Shown piece after piece: positions 35,350 through 45,474 of a stretch of 64,000 nt of DNA. A program made the position numbers and the translations under genes. The stretch's first letter is position 1. Each line of letters opens with the position of its first letter. This DNA is from Chitinophagaceae bacterium (GTDB lineage: Bacteria > Bacteroidota > Bacteroidia > Chitinophagales > Chitinophagaceae). The DNA is taken from positions 1,921 to 65,920 of the forward strand of contig JAIEQM010000019.1 in the NCBI GenBank assembly GCA_019747705.1. The letters run 5' to 3'. The notes under the pieces were generated by a model. It ran no database searches. It saw only the letters and a list, made by a program, of their open reading frames with translations, and was not told where the DNA came from.

Positions 35350-35452
35350 CCATCCCCTTCAGGCTCCGCTTCGCTTCGGCCCCGACCGTTAGTGTCGGGG
35401 CTGGCTCGTCCCTCGCCACCTTTCGGGCATGGCAGCCCTTCAGCAATAAATC
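35350..35452. repeat. ~100 bp GC-rich island with nested hairpins
   Basis: ccatccccttcaggctccgcttcgcttcggccccgaccgttagtgtcggggctggctcgtccctcgccacctttcgggcatggcagcccttcagc. Includes GCCCCGAC-CGTTAGT-GTCGGGGC. Confidence 0.4.
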
Positions 35453-35467
35453 ATTATCAGCAATAAA

Positions 35468-35490
35468 AACGGCGGCCGAAGGCCGCCGTT
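35468..35490 (-). terminator. rho-independent terminator after the DUF3857-like gene
   Basis: aacggcggccgaaggccgccgtt, followed on the minus strand by TTTTATTG. Confidence 0.75.
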
Positions 35491-35512
35491 CAATAATTAT
35501 CATCTGTTTTCA

Positions 35513-37738
35513 TCACTTCGGCATCAGCAACACATATTTAAATATCTGGTCATGGGCCGCATCCACAAAAGCCAGCAACTCATTCCATTTTTCTTTGGGC
35601 ATATTTCGCTGGTTGTATTGTTTTATAACAGTAATGTGCACCACACCATTTTCTTCTTTTGCTTCACAACTGAATTTGCCCGTTTCGTTTTCAATATTCT
35701 TATTCAGCTCTTTTAAACCCTTAACAGCATAACCTGCAGGCACGGTTAAATGAATGTTCCAGGTAAACTTTCGGGGATAGCCCATGTAAATATCTTTGGT
35801 GCGGGTGCGTTCTTCACCGGTTATATGCAACTGGTCGCCCATTAAACCGGTGAGGTTGAGCAATAATTTTTTTCCTGCATGTTTGGTCATATTACCCAGT
35901 TCAAAATCTTCTATTATCTGCAGGTTTTTTTTCTTTAAACTCCGGCCATCACTTACAATACGGAAGTTTTTATACTTCACTGAGCTGTTGTATTCATTCT
36001 TTAAACTGTTTTCCACCTGTTCGGGCTTGGCCGTTTTATATTCTTCTTTCAACGCCTGTACTGAAGTGTAATATTCATCCAGTGCACGGCCTGTTAAATT
36101 TTCAGCAAGCGAAGGACCATTAAAAATTTTAAAATCATCCAGCATATACGTAGTGAATTTTACACGGTCATCAACTTCTCTTGATTTGTTGATGCCGGTA
36201 TAAGTGCAGGTACGTGCTACAATCATTGTTCCGGTGGCCGGGTCATAGCTTGCATTACTATCAAACTGTGAACTGTTGTCTGCCACTTTTGAATCCGGTA
36301 ATGTAATGGGGGTTATTTCCTGGTCGCCTGTTTTGCGGTTGGGTTCACCAATTACATAAGCTTCATTGCCCAGCAAACTTTCCACCAGTTCATCAGGATT
36401 GGAATGATCCGTACAGTTGAAAATATATTTATCTCTCAGCTTTACCACATAACGTATTTCTTCATCAAACAAAATATCTTTCATGCTGCCCATCTTATTA
36501 CTGCAGGTAATAATGAGTGAAGTCTGAATGTTTCTTTTATCCATGAACGCACGAAACATATAGGCAAATACTGCATCAGGCAAATAGTTATTGCGGAACA
36601 AACCCTGGTTGCGGATACGGTAATAAATATTTTCAACATACCGGTCTTCGGGCAAATCGGCCCAGCCGTCTTTTTTCATTTGTGCAAACGAATAGTTTAC
36701 AAATGCATCTGCACTTGTGCCGCTGCTGTTAATGGGATAGTTCCTGGAAAAGGAATAATTGGCCCAGGCCACTTTTGCCAGTTCATCTTTACTGAAGCCC
36801 TGTTTCAACTCCCCTTTATCACCAATGAGTGATACATTCTGCACCTTGCTGCTGTTGGCATAAATTACCTGGAACTTAACAAGCGGATTAGCAAGATAGG
36901 GACTGATGAAATTAACATCTTTTACCGTGCCCCTGTCTTTATCTGTAAACACATAACGGAAAAAGCCTGATGCTTCACTGTTTTCCTTTTTAAATTCAGG
37001 CGCACCGTTTAATGAAAGGGATTTAAAAAATGTTTTATCATCGGTATCAATACTGATTTCATTAAACATAACGGGATAACGCTTGCTGCACAATTCATAC
37101 TGCGGATCAAACTCCACATAACCCGTACCTTTTACATTGAGTTTGCTTTTGGTATAGGCCGTATACTCCAGTACATCGCCTGCTTCCAGGTTGGGAACTG
37201 CCACTTTATAATATCGTGTTTCAGAAGCTGAATTTTTATCAAAAAAACTCTGGTAGAATTCCGGCGCTTCACTTTTACTTTCAATTTGCACCGCATCACT
37301 CAAATCAACATCCACAGCTTCGCCGCTGTGTTTGATAATTTTGGCAGCAAAGCCATCTTCCCTTTCGCCAAAACGGAAATATACTTCCATAAAGGTTTGA
37401 ACGGCATTGCGGTCCTGCAGCTTTACTTTAAAATGTACAGCTTCAAATAAATACACAAATGCTTTATTGCCGCTGAACAATCCGCTGGTACTTTGCTTAT
37501 CAAATGTAATGCTGCGTTTATACCCGATGATTACGGCGCTTTCGTTTTTCCATTTATCCGGCGCTGCAGAAATGCTGAAAGCAGGATGATTATCCGTATG
37601 TGCTTTGGCGTTGGTTGACAGTACTTCTAAAAAATCTTCATCAATAATACTCTGTGCATGGATGGAAATACAAAACGTGAGCTGAACAAAAAAGAGCAGG
37701 CTGTATTTCAAAAATGAATTGGGTTTCATGCGGGGCAT
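35513..37738 (-). CDS. DUF3857/DUF3858-like secreted protein (inactive transglutaminase-partner type)
   Basis: 741 aa with a signal peptide. Translationally coupled (TAATG) to the upstream transglutaminase-like paralogue; this pairing is typical in Bacteroidota. Confidence 0.5.
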   Translation of the reverse strand: MPRMKPNSFLKYSLLFFVQLTFCISIHAQSIIDEDFLEVLSTNAKAHTDNHPAFSISAAPDKWKNESAVIIGYKRSITFDKQSTSGLFSGNKAFVYLFEAVHFKVKLQDRNAVQTFMEVYFRFGEREDGFAAKIIKHSGEAVDVDLSDAVQIESKSEAPEFYQSFFDKNSASETRYYKVAVPNLEAGDVLEYTAYTKSKLNVKGTGYVEFDPQYELCSKRYPVMFNEISIDTDDKTFFKSLSLNGAPEFKKENSEASGFFRYVFTDKDRGTVKDVNFISPYLANPLVKFQVIYANSSKVQNVSLIGDKGELKQGFSKDELAKVAWANYSFSRNYPINSSGTSADAFVNYSFAQMKKDGWADLPEDRYVENIYYRIRNQGLFRNNYLPDAVFAYMFRAFMDKRNIQTSLIITCSNKMGSMKDILFDEEIRYVVKLRDKYIFNCTDHSNPDELVESLLGNEAYVIGEPNRKTGDQEITPITLPDSKVADNSSQFDSNASYDPATGTMIVARTCTYTGINKSREVDDRVKFTTYMLDDFKIFNGPSLAENLTGRALDEYYTSVQALKEEYKTAKPEQVENSLKNEYNSSVKYKNFRIVSDGRSLKKKNLQIIEDFELGNMTKHAGKKLLLNLTGLMGDQLHITGEERTRTKDIYMGYPRKFTWNIHLTVPAGYAVKGLKELNKNIENETGKFSCEAKEENGVVHITVIKQYNQRNMPKEKWNELLAFVDAAHDQIFKYVLLMPK

Positions 37739-39708
37739 TATTTGCTGGTTACAGTAATATAGTTTTCACTGAAGGACTTGATTTGCTGCAGAAAAGTTTT
37801 CCACTCAGCAAAGTCTTTTACATACACCGTGCTTTTTTTAATGAGCAGTTTCTTTTTTAAGTTAATCTTATTACCGCTGATGATATACTCGCAGGTAAAA
37901 CTGTAACCGTCTTTATTAATCTCCAGCTTTTCCGGCACATCAGTAAATTTTTTATTGACAGGTATGGTAAGTGAAAGCTCATCTTCAAAACCGGTAACCC
38001 AATCCAGGTCATATCCCCTTGTTCGTTTTTCATTGGGCATATAACGCTGCAGGGTGGTGGGGAAGAAATCAATGTTCACATAATAATCCCCATCAATGGG
38101 GCTTACATTGTTATTCAAATTACTCTCCCCCTCAATTACAACAGGTATTTCCCTGTTCTTTAAATCACTTGTTTTTACAACTTTTGAACTGATGTTGGGG
38201 TTCCTGAATTCCAGGATTTCTTTTAAATAATCCTGCTGCTCTGTTACGGGCATATCCTGGTACACCTGGTGAAAATCTTTACGGTCGTTGCCGATATACG
38301 TAACTTTTACTTTGCCGTTTAAATTGCTTTCATTGAGTGTAAAATCAGCTTTGGTAATAATCTTATGGTCTTCGCCTGTGGTAAGCGGTACCATTTTAAT
38401 TTCAAATTTGTCTTTATTGGAAATCATCGCCTCCTTGCCCTGTATGCGGTATGCGTTTTCACCAAAGGGTGAATAGCTTTCTGTGCCATCTAAAAAATAT
38501 TCTTTACCTCCGTAATACAATGTGCTGATAGCATGATTATTGACACAAAGCACCGGCAATGTTTGTGAATATGGAATTTCCCGGGTTCCAATCCATGTAA
38601 AACGGGCATCATAACCTGCCAGCACCAGCATTTCTGTTAACAGGTTAGCCATGCCTTTACAATCACCATATTTTTTACTGAGCACTTCCTGTACGCTGGT
38701 GGGTATATAACCACTGTAGCCATCTTCATAAGCAATGTATTTGATGTTGTCCTGCACCCAGTAGTAAATGGCTTTTATCTTATCCGGGTCATTGGTCTTG
38801 CCCTGTGTAATGGATGCAACTGTTGTTTTTAATTTATCCGGTTCGTTGCCGGCCATTTTGTACAGGCGGTAGTTCCATGCATATACATCAGCCGCACTTT
38901 CAAAACCTTTAATGGTACCGTCTTTTGTTTCATACGATTTTACCTGGATGAGGATATGCGGCTCCGTATAAGAAAGACCAATACTTTTTGATTCGCTTTT
39001 ATATGGTGCAATATCTTTCAGCGTAAACGTATAAGAAGTGTATTTGCCGTCTTTGAGTTCTTTCTTTTCAATTTTATATCCATCAAAATTCATGGGTTTG
39101 AAATCTACCACCATTCCTGCAGGCACCTTGAATTCAATGATTTTTTCTTTTACCGGGTAGGCATCCCGGAAAAACACACGGGTGAGGTATTTGGCATCAG
39201 CATATTGTTTCTTTACAGCAATGCTGTTAACAGCGCCTTTCTGATAAAACCGGATGGGAAAAAATTTCACACGGCTGTCATCAAAAAAAATCCCTTCATC
39301 TGTTACAGACCGGTCAATAGGTTTTGATTTGAGCGCTATGTATTTGCCATTATACTTTACCGCTTTTGTAAAGCCCGTGATTTGTATAAACTTATTATAA
39401 TACTCCGGGTAAACCATGGACCCGAATTTCTTAAGCGCCAAAAATTCTTCATAAGTTTCTTCTGCAACATTTACCACTTTATCATTAAGCGCATTCACGC
39501 CTTTATCAAATACAAACACGGAATATGAACGAAGGCTGGCAATATCATTGTCCTTATACTTTTTGCTCATTTGCAGTGCAATAGCTTCATCTTCTGCATC
39601 CACCTGTGCAAAAACAGAATGAACATGCAGCAGCAAAACAGTGAGGAAGAAATACGAAACGACATTTCTCATACTTGCGGTTTTAAGAGGGATTTTTAAT
39701 GGGCTCAA
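37738..39708 (-). CDS. DUF3857 + transglutaminase-like cysteine protease domain protein
   Basis: 656 aa with a signal peptide and a transglutaminase core (KKYGDCKGMANLLTEMLVLAGYDARF). Confidence 0.7.
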   Translation of the reverse strand: MSPLKIPLKTASMRNVVSYFFLTVLLLHVHSVFAQVDAEDEAIALQMSKKYKDNDIASLRSYSVFVFDKGVNALNDKVVNVAEETYEEFLALKKFGSMVYPEYYNKFIQITGFTKAVKYNGKYIALKSKPIDRSVTDEGIFFDDSRVKFFPIRFYQKGAVNSIAVKKQYADAKYLTRVFFRDAYPVKEKIIEFKVPAGMVVDFKPMNFDGYKIEKKELKDGKYTSYTFTLKDIAPYKSESKSIGLSYTEPHILIQVKSYETKDGTIKGFESAADVYAWNYRLYKMAGNEPDKLKTTVASITQGKTNDPDKIKAIYYWVQDNIKYIAYEDGYSGYIPTSVQEVLSKKYGDCKGMANLLTEMLVLAGYDARFTWIGTREIPYSQTLPVLCVNNHAISTLYYGGKEYFLDGTESYSPFGENAYRIQGKEAMISNKDKFEIKMVPLTTGEDHKIITKADFTLNESNLNGKVKVTYIGNDRKDFHQVYQDMPVTEQQDYLKEILEFRNPNISSKVVKTSDLKNREIPVVIEGESNLNNNVSPIDGDYYVNIDFFPTTLQRYMPNEKRTRGYDLDWVTGFEDELSLTIPVNKKFTDVPEKLEINKDGYSFTCEYIISGNKINLKKKLLIKKSTVYVKDFAEWKTFLQQIKSFSENYITVTSK

Positions 39709-39864
39709 TTTACAAAGGCAGAAGTTGATTCACAAAACTTGTGAATGATTTTTTTAAGATTCCTAAACAGGGAAATTGCATAAATGCGTAAAGTGGAAAA
39801 TTCGTATGCTTTTAAAAAAAAGATGAAGTTGTCTTTTGTTGAAAAATCAGTGAGAAATCACTAA

Positions 39865-40713
39865 TTAATTTCCTGTGGGGCACCTGTAAGATGTAAAGTT
39901 GATCGTAATGCCCACCATGGCAGTTACATACTGATCTCTTTGTTTATTAAACCCACGCTGGTTACCGGCACGGCCAATTGGTGTTCCTGTTTCATAACTC
40001 CTGTCCTGCAAAAAAGAAGCCGGGGAGCCGGGTTTAAATGCAAATGCACCTGCATAAGTACCACTCACATCATCCAGGTAATCAGTAGAAGTAAAACGGT
40101 ACAGCACTTCAAAATGAAGGTTGGCGCTTTCGTTTATCGCATATTTTACGCCCATGCCCAGCGGGTAAGCAATGGCGGTGGTGGAATATGGTTTGAGTGA
40201 GGGATAAAAGGAAGAGCCCTGCCCTTCCGTACCCAGTGGTTGTAAAAAATATTTTGTATTGCCCAGGTAGGCATAGGGGTTAAACCCAAATACACCGGCA
40301 CCAAATGTGAGATAAGGCGTGAACCGTTCATCAGGATTGGTGGGGTTGAACTTGAAGAAATTAAAATCTCCCTGCAGTAAAAGCTCCCATATATTGGTAT
40401 TGAAACTGAGGTTACGGCGTTTTCTGAACTCGTTGTTTTTTTCATAAACATCGCTGTAACCCAATTGTGCAAAGTTGGCAGCAACACGAAAAGCTACATA
40501 ATCATTAATTTGTTTGCGAAAGAAAACTCCCCCCGCAATTTTAGGGCGGTTGAGCCTTGCAGTAGGGTTTAAATCACCAAAATAATGTGCCGCTCCCAAC
40601 TGGATGCCAAATTCGCCTTCGTGTTTGAAGCCTTCATATTGTGCAACAGCCGGGGCGCTGAATACGGTTGTAAATAAAACCGAAAGAAGAAAGCATTTCA
40701 TCACCTTCATCAC
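39865..40713 (-). CDS. outer-membrane beta-barrel protein (DUF6089-like)
   Basis: 282 aa with a signal peptide and alternating beta-strand pattern. Sits downstream of nadK, as in many Bacteroidota. Confidence 0.6.
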   Translation of the reverse strand: MMKVMKCFLLSVLFTTVFSAPAVAQYEGFKHEGEFGIQLGAAHYFGDLNPTARLNRPKIAGGVFFRKQINDYVAFRVAANFAQLGYSDVYEKNNEFRKRRNLSFNTNIWELLLQGDFNFFKFNPTNPDERFTPYLTFGAGVFGFNPYAYLGNTKYFLQPLGTEGQGSSFYPSLKPYSTTAIAYPLGMGVKYAINESANLHFEVLYRFTSTDYLDDVSGTYAGAFAFKPGSPASFLQDRSYETGTPIGRAGNQRGFNKQRDQYVTAMVGITINFTSYRCPTGN

Positions 40714-40789
40714 TGAATATTTGTGGTTTCGTTACCCAATAACGCAAATATCATGATTTCATTGGCAGGAGAAAGCATTTTTTTAGAGA

Positions 40790-41668
40790 TTAGTTTCTGC
40801 GGTCGAGCCCCCAGGAAAGTTTATTACGCAGTGTCTGCAAAAAATTATTCTCATTTAAACGAAGCAGGTTTACTTTAAAGGCTTCTTTTTTTACAGCTAT
40901 CTGTACATCTTTCTTTACAATTTCCTTTCGTGAATCCAGCGTGCACAGAAAACTGTCTGTGCGGCCTTCAATTTCAAATGAAATGATATTATTATCCGGC
41001 ACCACAATGGGGCGTACATTTAAATTATGGGGAGCAACGGGTGTAATTACAAAACTCCCTGAATCAGGAAACACCACAGGGCCGTTACAACTCAATGAAT
41101 AACCGGTGGAGCCGGTGGGTGTGGCTACAATTAATCCATCAGCCCAATAGGTGTTTAAGAATTCCCCGTTGAGATATGCATGAATTTTAATCATGGATGA
41201 TGTATCCAGCTTGTGCAATGCAAATTCATTTAACCCGTATGGTGTATCACCAAAAAGCGGCACATTACTGTCTAAATGAATCAGGGTGCGTTCATCTTTT
41301 ACAAAGGTGTGGTTTACCAGTGCGGCAACGGCTGTTTGCAATTCTTCCCGGCCAATACTTGCTAAAAAGCCCAGCCTTCCAAAGTTGATACCCAGCAAAG
41401 GGATTTTTTTATTCCGCACGAGGGTAACAGTATCTAATAATGTTCCATCGCCCCCCAGGCTGATTAAACACTCATAACTTTCATCGAGTTGTGCTGATGA
41501 ATCAAACAACCGGGGTTCTGTATTGAAATACATAACATCTTTTATCTGCAGATAAAAATCACGGAACAACACCGGTGTCATTTTATTTGCCTGTAACTGG
41601 TGCAGCAAACGCTCCACATCTTCTTTCTGCTCCTGCTCAAACACCCGGCTGTAGATAGCTACTTTCAT
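40790..41668 (-). CDS. nadK: NAD kinase
   Basis: 292 aa with GGDGTLL and TPTGSTGYSLS motifs. Confidence 0.9.
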   Translation of the reverse strand: MKVAIYSRVFEQEQKEDVERLLHQLQANKMTPVLFRDFYLQIKDVMYFNTEPRLFDSSAQLDESYECLISLGGDGTLLDTVTLVRNKKIPLLGINFGRLGFLASIGREELQTAVAALVNHTFVKDERTLIHLDSNVPLFGDTPYGLNEFALHKLDTSSMIKIHAYLNGEFLNTYWADGLIVATPTGSTGYSLSCNGPVVFPDSGSFVITPVAPHNLNVRPIVVPDNNIISFEIEGRTDSFLCTLDSRKEIVKKDVQIAVKKEAFKVNLLRLNENNFLQTLRNKLSWGLDRRN

Positions 41669-41687
41669 CGTTATTCAATTATTGATG

Positions 41688-41800
41688 TAATACCGCTTGC
41701 AATTATCATTTAGTCCACAGCTTACTTTTGTGCGGCATTATACACCTCAAAAGTTGAACACCTTTTTTATTGGACTATATTATTTTAAAAATTGGTATAA
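41688..41800 (+). repeat. ~113 bp TIR-bounded intergenic repeat, copy A
   Basis: TAATACCGCTTGCAATTATCATTTAGTCCACAGCTTACTTTTGTGCGGCATTATACACCTCAAAAGTTGAACACCTTTTTTATTGGACTATATTATTTTAAAAATTGGTATAA, which aligns with the reverse complement of 19946-20058. Confidence 0.75.
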
Positions 41801-41828
41801 TAGTTACATCCCGCAAAAAATGGTTTTA

Positions 41829-43322
41829 CTAAAAGTCTTTACGAACGTGCAAAAATAAACCGTTTTCACCCAACTGGTTAAAAGAATAGTCAAAGCGCAT
41901 TACAAAATCATAATAGCTGAGAATATCCAGCCCGGCGCCATAGGTATAAAGCAAACGGTTATTTAAAACCCCTGTGGTATAGAATGGAGTGTAGGCGCCG
42001 CCGATATTTCCGTGCACTTTACCAATAACACGGAAAGGAATTTTTTTGTACTTCTCATTTTTAATAATGAGCGTGGGCACATTTACCCTGAAGAGTTCCT
42101 GTGCTACGGTAGTGCGTAAGATACCTGCCAGCACGCCGTCTGCCACATAATACTCAAGCCCCTGTAAAAACATATCGCCATACCCCAGGGCGGGCATATT
42201 ATAACCGGGTTGTTTAAACGGAAGCTTAATAGTACCCAATCCGTAAATGGAAGTATATGTTTTTTCACCAAGTTTGATATACTTACCGCCTTTACCGTTA
42301 AACTGCCAGAGGTTCATGCCCTTTACACCCAACCCCCTTTGTAAAAATGAACCACTGAAAGCAACGCCTTTTAAGGGGTAGGCAATATTATCCAGGTTCA
42401 AATACTGGTAAGTATAAACCAGTTCGCCAAAAGCCTGTTTGGTTTTATTATCCGTAAAAAAAGGAAGGAACCCTTTTGACGAATTGGCATTAATAAGACG
42501 GGTAATCGTATCCGCAATGGTTTCATTTACATAATTAAGCCTTACGGAATGACGTTCATTGATGCCCTTACGAAGGGAGAAGCCGGTTTCAATTCTGAAA
42601 GATGTTCTTACAAAATCGTTGATTAAATTATTGGATGCCGGAAAAAAAACCTGTTTGTTACTATCTGTTGCAAAACTGGCCTGGCGACTGCTGGTATAAT
42701 AAATTCCAAACAGGAAACCTTTTTCAAGTTTTCGGTCAGCATAAGGTTGTTCATAAGATAACTGGTACTGGCGGTTATAGCCGTTTACATACCTGAAAGC
42801 TAATTTATCCCTGCGGCCGCTTACGTTGTCCCAGTTAAATTTTATTCCATAATTCACACGTTCAAGGCTTGCGTTTTGCTCTACCACCCATTGGTTCAGA
42901 TTACGGTCAACCAGCTTAAAATAGGGAATGGGAAAGATGTACCACCGCTCTTTTACAGTAATAATTAAATCAATGGATTCATTCGTCCAGTTTACAATGC
43001 CGGGTATTACTTCCAGAAATACCTGTGTATTTAATACATCCAGCCTGGTTTTATCCAGCAGGGCCATTAAATCTTTTACAGCAACAGTGCCTCCTTTTTT
43101 AAATGATACTTCCCGTAATATGATGTAATCCCTGGTAATTTTATTGTCTTTGAGGGTGATGCTGTTTACTTTTAGCACCGCATCCTGCGGCATTTGGGCA
43201 ATCGTGGCTTTGAGTTTTATTTTTGCAGTATCGTACAAAACAGATACCTGCGCCATGGCAAATGCAAAAGGTGCGGCCACCAGCAGAAGCATCCAATAAT
43301 ATTTTACAACCGTTATCTTCAT
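41829..43322 (-). CDS. Omp85/BamA-TamA-family outer membrane protein
   Basis: 497 aa: signal peptide, one POTRA-like segment, then a beta-barrel ending in an aromatic-rich ...LFLHVRKDF. Confidence 0.6.
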   Translation of the reverse strand: MKITVVKYYWMLLLVAAPFAFAMAQVSVLYDTAKIKLKATIAQMPQDAVLKVNSITLKDNKITRDYIILREVSFKKGGTVAVKDLMALLDKTRLDVLNTQVFLEVIPGIVNWTNESIDLIITVKERWYIFPIPYFKLVDRNLNQWVVEQNASLERVNYGIKFNWDNVSGRRDKLAFRYVNGYNRQYQLSYEQPYADRKLEKGFLFGIYYTSSRQASFATDSNKQVFFPASNNLINDFVRTSFRIETGFSLRKGINERHSVRLNYVNETIADTITRLINANSSKGFLPFFTDNKTKQAFGELVYTYQYLNLDNIAYPLKGVAFSGSFLQRGLGVKGMNLWQFNGKGGKYIKLGEKTYTSIYGLGTIKLPFKQPGYNMPALGYGDMFLQGLEYYVADGVLAGILRTTVAQELFRVNVPTLIIKNEKYKKIPFRVIGKVHGNIGGAYTPFYTTGVLNNRLLYTYGAGLDILSYYDFVMRFDYSFNQLGENGLFLHVRKDF

Positions 43323-43393
43323 TCCATCATTTTAGTGCAGGCGAACAGTAAATTTAGAGGTAAAAAACAAAAGAAGAAGGAAGTTTTGATGAA

Positions 43394-44053
43394 TCAGATA
43401 TTGAGGTAGTTCATCAAATGATCAAAATTGAGGCGAAGCTCTTCTTCTGAAAGGTTTTCGCCAAAGTATCGTACCACATTGTATTCATACCGTTCCAGTG
43501 TGGCCAGTATATCCTGTATATCGGGTTTGTTGATTTTAATGGCCACCATGAGCTGACCGTTTGCTTCATCCACCCATGTATTGAGGTGAATGATGCGTGC
43601 ATCATTGGTTTCTACAATTCGTCCCAGTTCGGATATTGAAAAATTGTTGGGCGCCATTTGTAAAATAATAATAGCCCCGGGTTCTGAAGCGCCGTTGTAA
43701 TGAACTGCCGCATTTAATAAATCATCAGCTGTAATAACACCGATGTACTCACCATCTTCTTTTACAACCGGCAGTAAATCCAGTTTACGCTGATGCATCA
43801 GTTTTAAAGGAGCCAGAAAAAAATCAGCTTCGTTTACTTTTACCTGTTCGGCCAATGGTTGAAAATTAATCACCGGTGTATCAGCATCAGCATCCTGCAA
43901 ATCTTCTTCTTTTATTAAGCCGGCCGATTTTTGATTAATGACCAGCGGAAGCTCAGCCACATGAAACTCATGCATTAAATCCAATGCCTGCTGAACCGTA
44001 TCAGTAGTTTGCAAGTGAGGAATATTGTTCGTTATCAGTTCGGCAGCTGTCAT
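43394..44053 (-). CDS. CBS-domain pair protein
   Basis: 219 aa with two CBS-like repeats (HVAELPLV..., LDLLPVVKEDGEYIGVITADDLL). Confidence 0.75.
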   Translation of the reverse strand: MTAAELITNNIPHLQTTDTVQQALDLMHEFHVAELPLVINQKSAGLIKEEDLQDADADTPVINFQPLAEQVKVNEADFFLAPLKLMHQRKLDLLPVVKEDGEYIGVITADDLLNAAVHYNGASEPGAIIILQMAPNNFSISELGRIVETNDARIIHLNTWVDEANGQLMVAIKINKPDIQDILATLERYEYNVVRYFGENLSEEELRLNFDHLMNYLNI

Positions 44054-44076
44054 TTTTTTGTGGATGGGTTTAAATA

Positions 44077-44850
44077 TCAGACGGGTACCGGTCTGCTGAG
44101 TTTCGTAAGGAACCCGTGTAATATTTCGTTAAACTCCTGAGGCTTTTCCATCATAGGAGCATGCCCGCAGGAATCGATAAAATGCAATTCTGAATTGGGG
44201 ATTAAACGGTTAAACTCCTTACCCACAAACGGCGGGGTAATGGTATCGTTGTTTCCCCATATCAATAACGCAGGAACTTTTATTTCATTGAGTTCTTCGC
44301 CCAGGTTATTTCTGATGGCGCTTTTAGCCAGGGCAATAATCTTAATTACTTTGGTGCGCTGGTTCACAATATCATATACTTCATCCACCAGTTCTTTGGT
44401 AGCCGTAGCAGGGTCATAAAAGGTAAGCTCCGTTTTACGTTTGATGTATTCGTAATCGCCACGCTTGGGGTAGGTATCACCCATCCCGTTTTCAAATAAA
44501 CCGCTGCTGCCGGTAAGGATTAATGATTTAATGCGCTGCTGGTGTTTTAAAGTATGCACCAGCGCCACATGCCCGCCCAGGGAGTTGCCCAGCAGGTGAA
44601 TATTCTCATACCCTTTGGCTTCAATAAACTTATGTACAAATTTTTCAAGACCACCCACAGTTGTATGCAGGAGATCCAGTTCAAACAGGGGAAGCATGGG
44701 TACCACAACGGTGTTATGCTTTTTAAAATATTCAATAAGGTCTTTAAAGTTACTCAGTGCACCAAAAAGCCCATGAAGCAGCACCAGTGGTTCGCCACTG
44801 CCTTCTTCAATATACCGGAATTTATCAAGATGTTTAATTTCGTAGTTCAT
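44077..44850 (-). CDS. alpha/beta hydrolase
   Basis: 257 aa with HGLFG, nucleophile elbow GNSLGG, and C-terminal CGHAPMMEKP. Confidence 0.85.
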   Translation of the reverse strand: MNYEIKHLDKFRYIEEGSGEPLVLLHGLFGALSNFKDLIEYFKKHNTVVVPMLPLFELDLLHTTVGGLEKFVHKFIEAKGYENIHLLGNSLGGHVALVHTLKHQQRIKSLILTGSSGLFENGMGDTYPKRGDYEYIKRKTELTFYDPATATKELVDEVYDIVNQRTKVIKIIALAKSAIRNNLGEELNEIKVPALLIWGNNDTITPPFVGKEFNRLIPNSELHFIDSCGHAPMMEKPQEFNEILHGFLTKLSRPVPV

Positions 44851-44929
44851 GCAGATGCAATAAGCAATTGTTATTTGCTAAAATAGTTGTTTTGGGCGAA
44901 AAACCGCAATTCAGTTTCAATCTGAACCT

Positions 44930-45469
44930 TCAATGAGAGATTTTTTCATTGACAGCGCTGAAAAAATGCTGAAGGTCTTCAAACATATCTTTAAACCATG
45001 GAATTATAACACCCAATCCTTCAATTACTTTGGGGCCCCGGGGCGTAATCCATTTCCATGTTACAGATGCATCAATACTGCTCTGTGAAAACAGCTTTAA
45101 CTGCTGTGCATAAAATAAAAATATACTGATGATGATAATATATAAAACAGCATATAAAAGTATGCCCCCTGTTTTATTGATCCATCCGAGAAAAGCAAAT
45201 TCAACAGCATTCTCAATTAATTTGGCTCCCAGCCGCACCAGCAGCGCCACTGCAATAAACACCAGTACAAAACTTACAACAGGCAACCACTTTGCACCAA
45301 TATTTGTTGACTGTTGCAACCATGCCGCCACAACAGCGCTCAGCTTTAATGCAGCGGCCAGCCCCGCAACAAATGCAAGAACCGAAAACAGGGCAACAAT
45401 CAACCCCTTCTGAAACCCTTTGATAACTGCCATTACAAGTGCCACAGCTACAATAATATCAATGATCAT
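44930..45469 (-). CDS. cvpA: CvpA-family membrane protein
   Basis: 179 aa. N-terminal MIIDIIVAVALVMAVIKGFQKGLIVALFS is typical of CvpA. Confidence 0.75.
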   Translation of the reverse strand: MIIDIIVAVALVMAVIKGFQKGLIVALFSVLAFVAGLAAALKLSAVVAAWLQQSTNIGAKWLPVVSFVLVFIAVALLVRLGAKLIENAVEFAFLGWINKTGGILLYAVLYIIIISIFLFYAQQLKLFSQSSIDASVTWKWITPRGPKVIEGLGVIIPWFKDMFEDLQHFFSAVNEKISH

Positions 45470-45474
45470 GCTTA

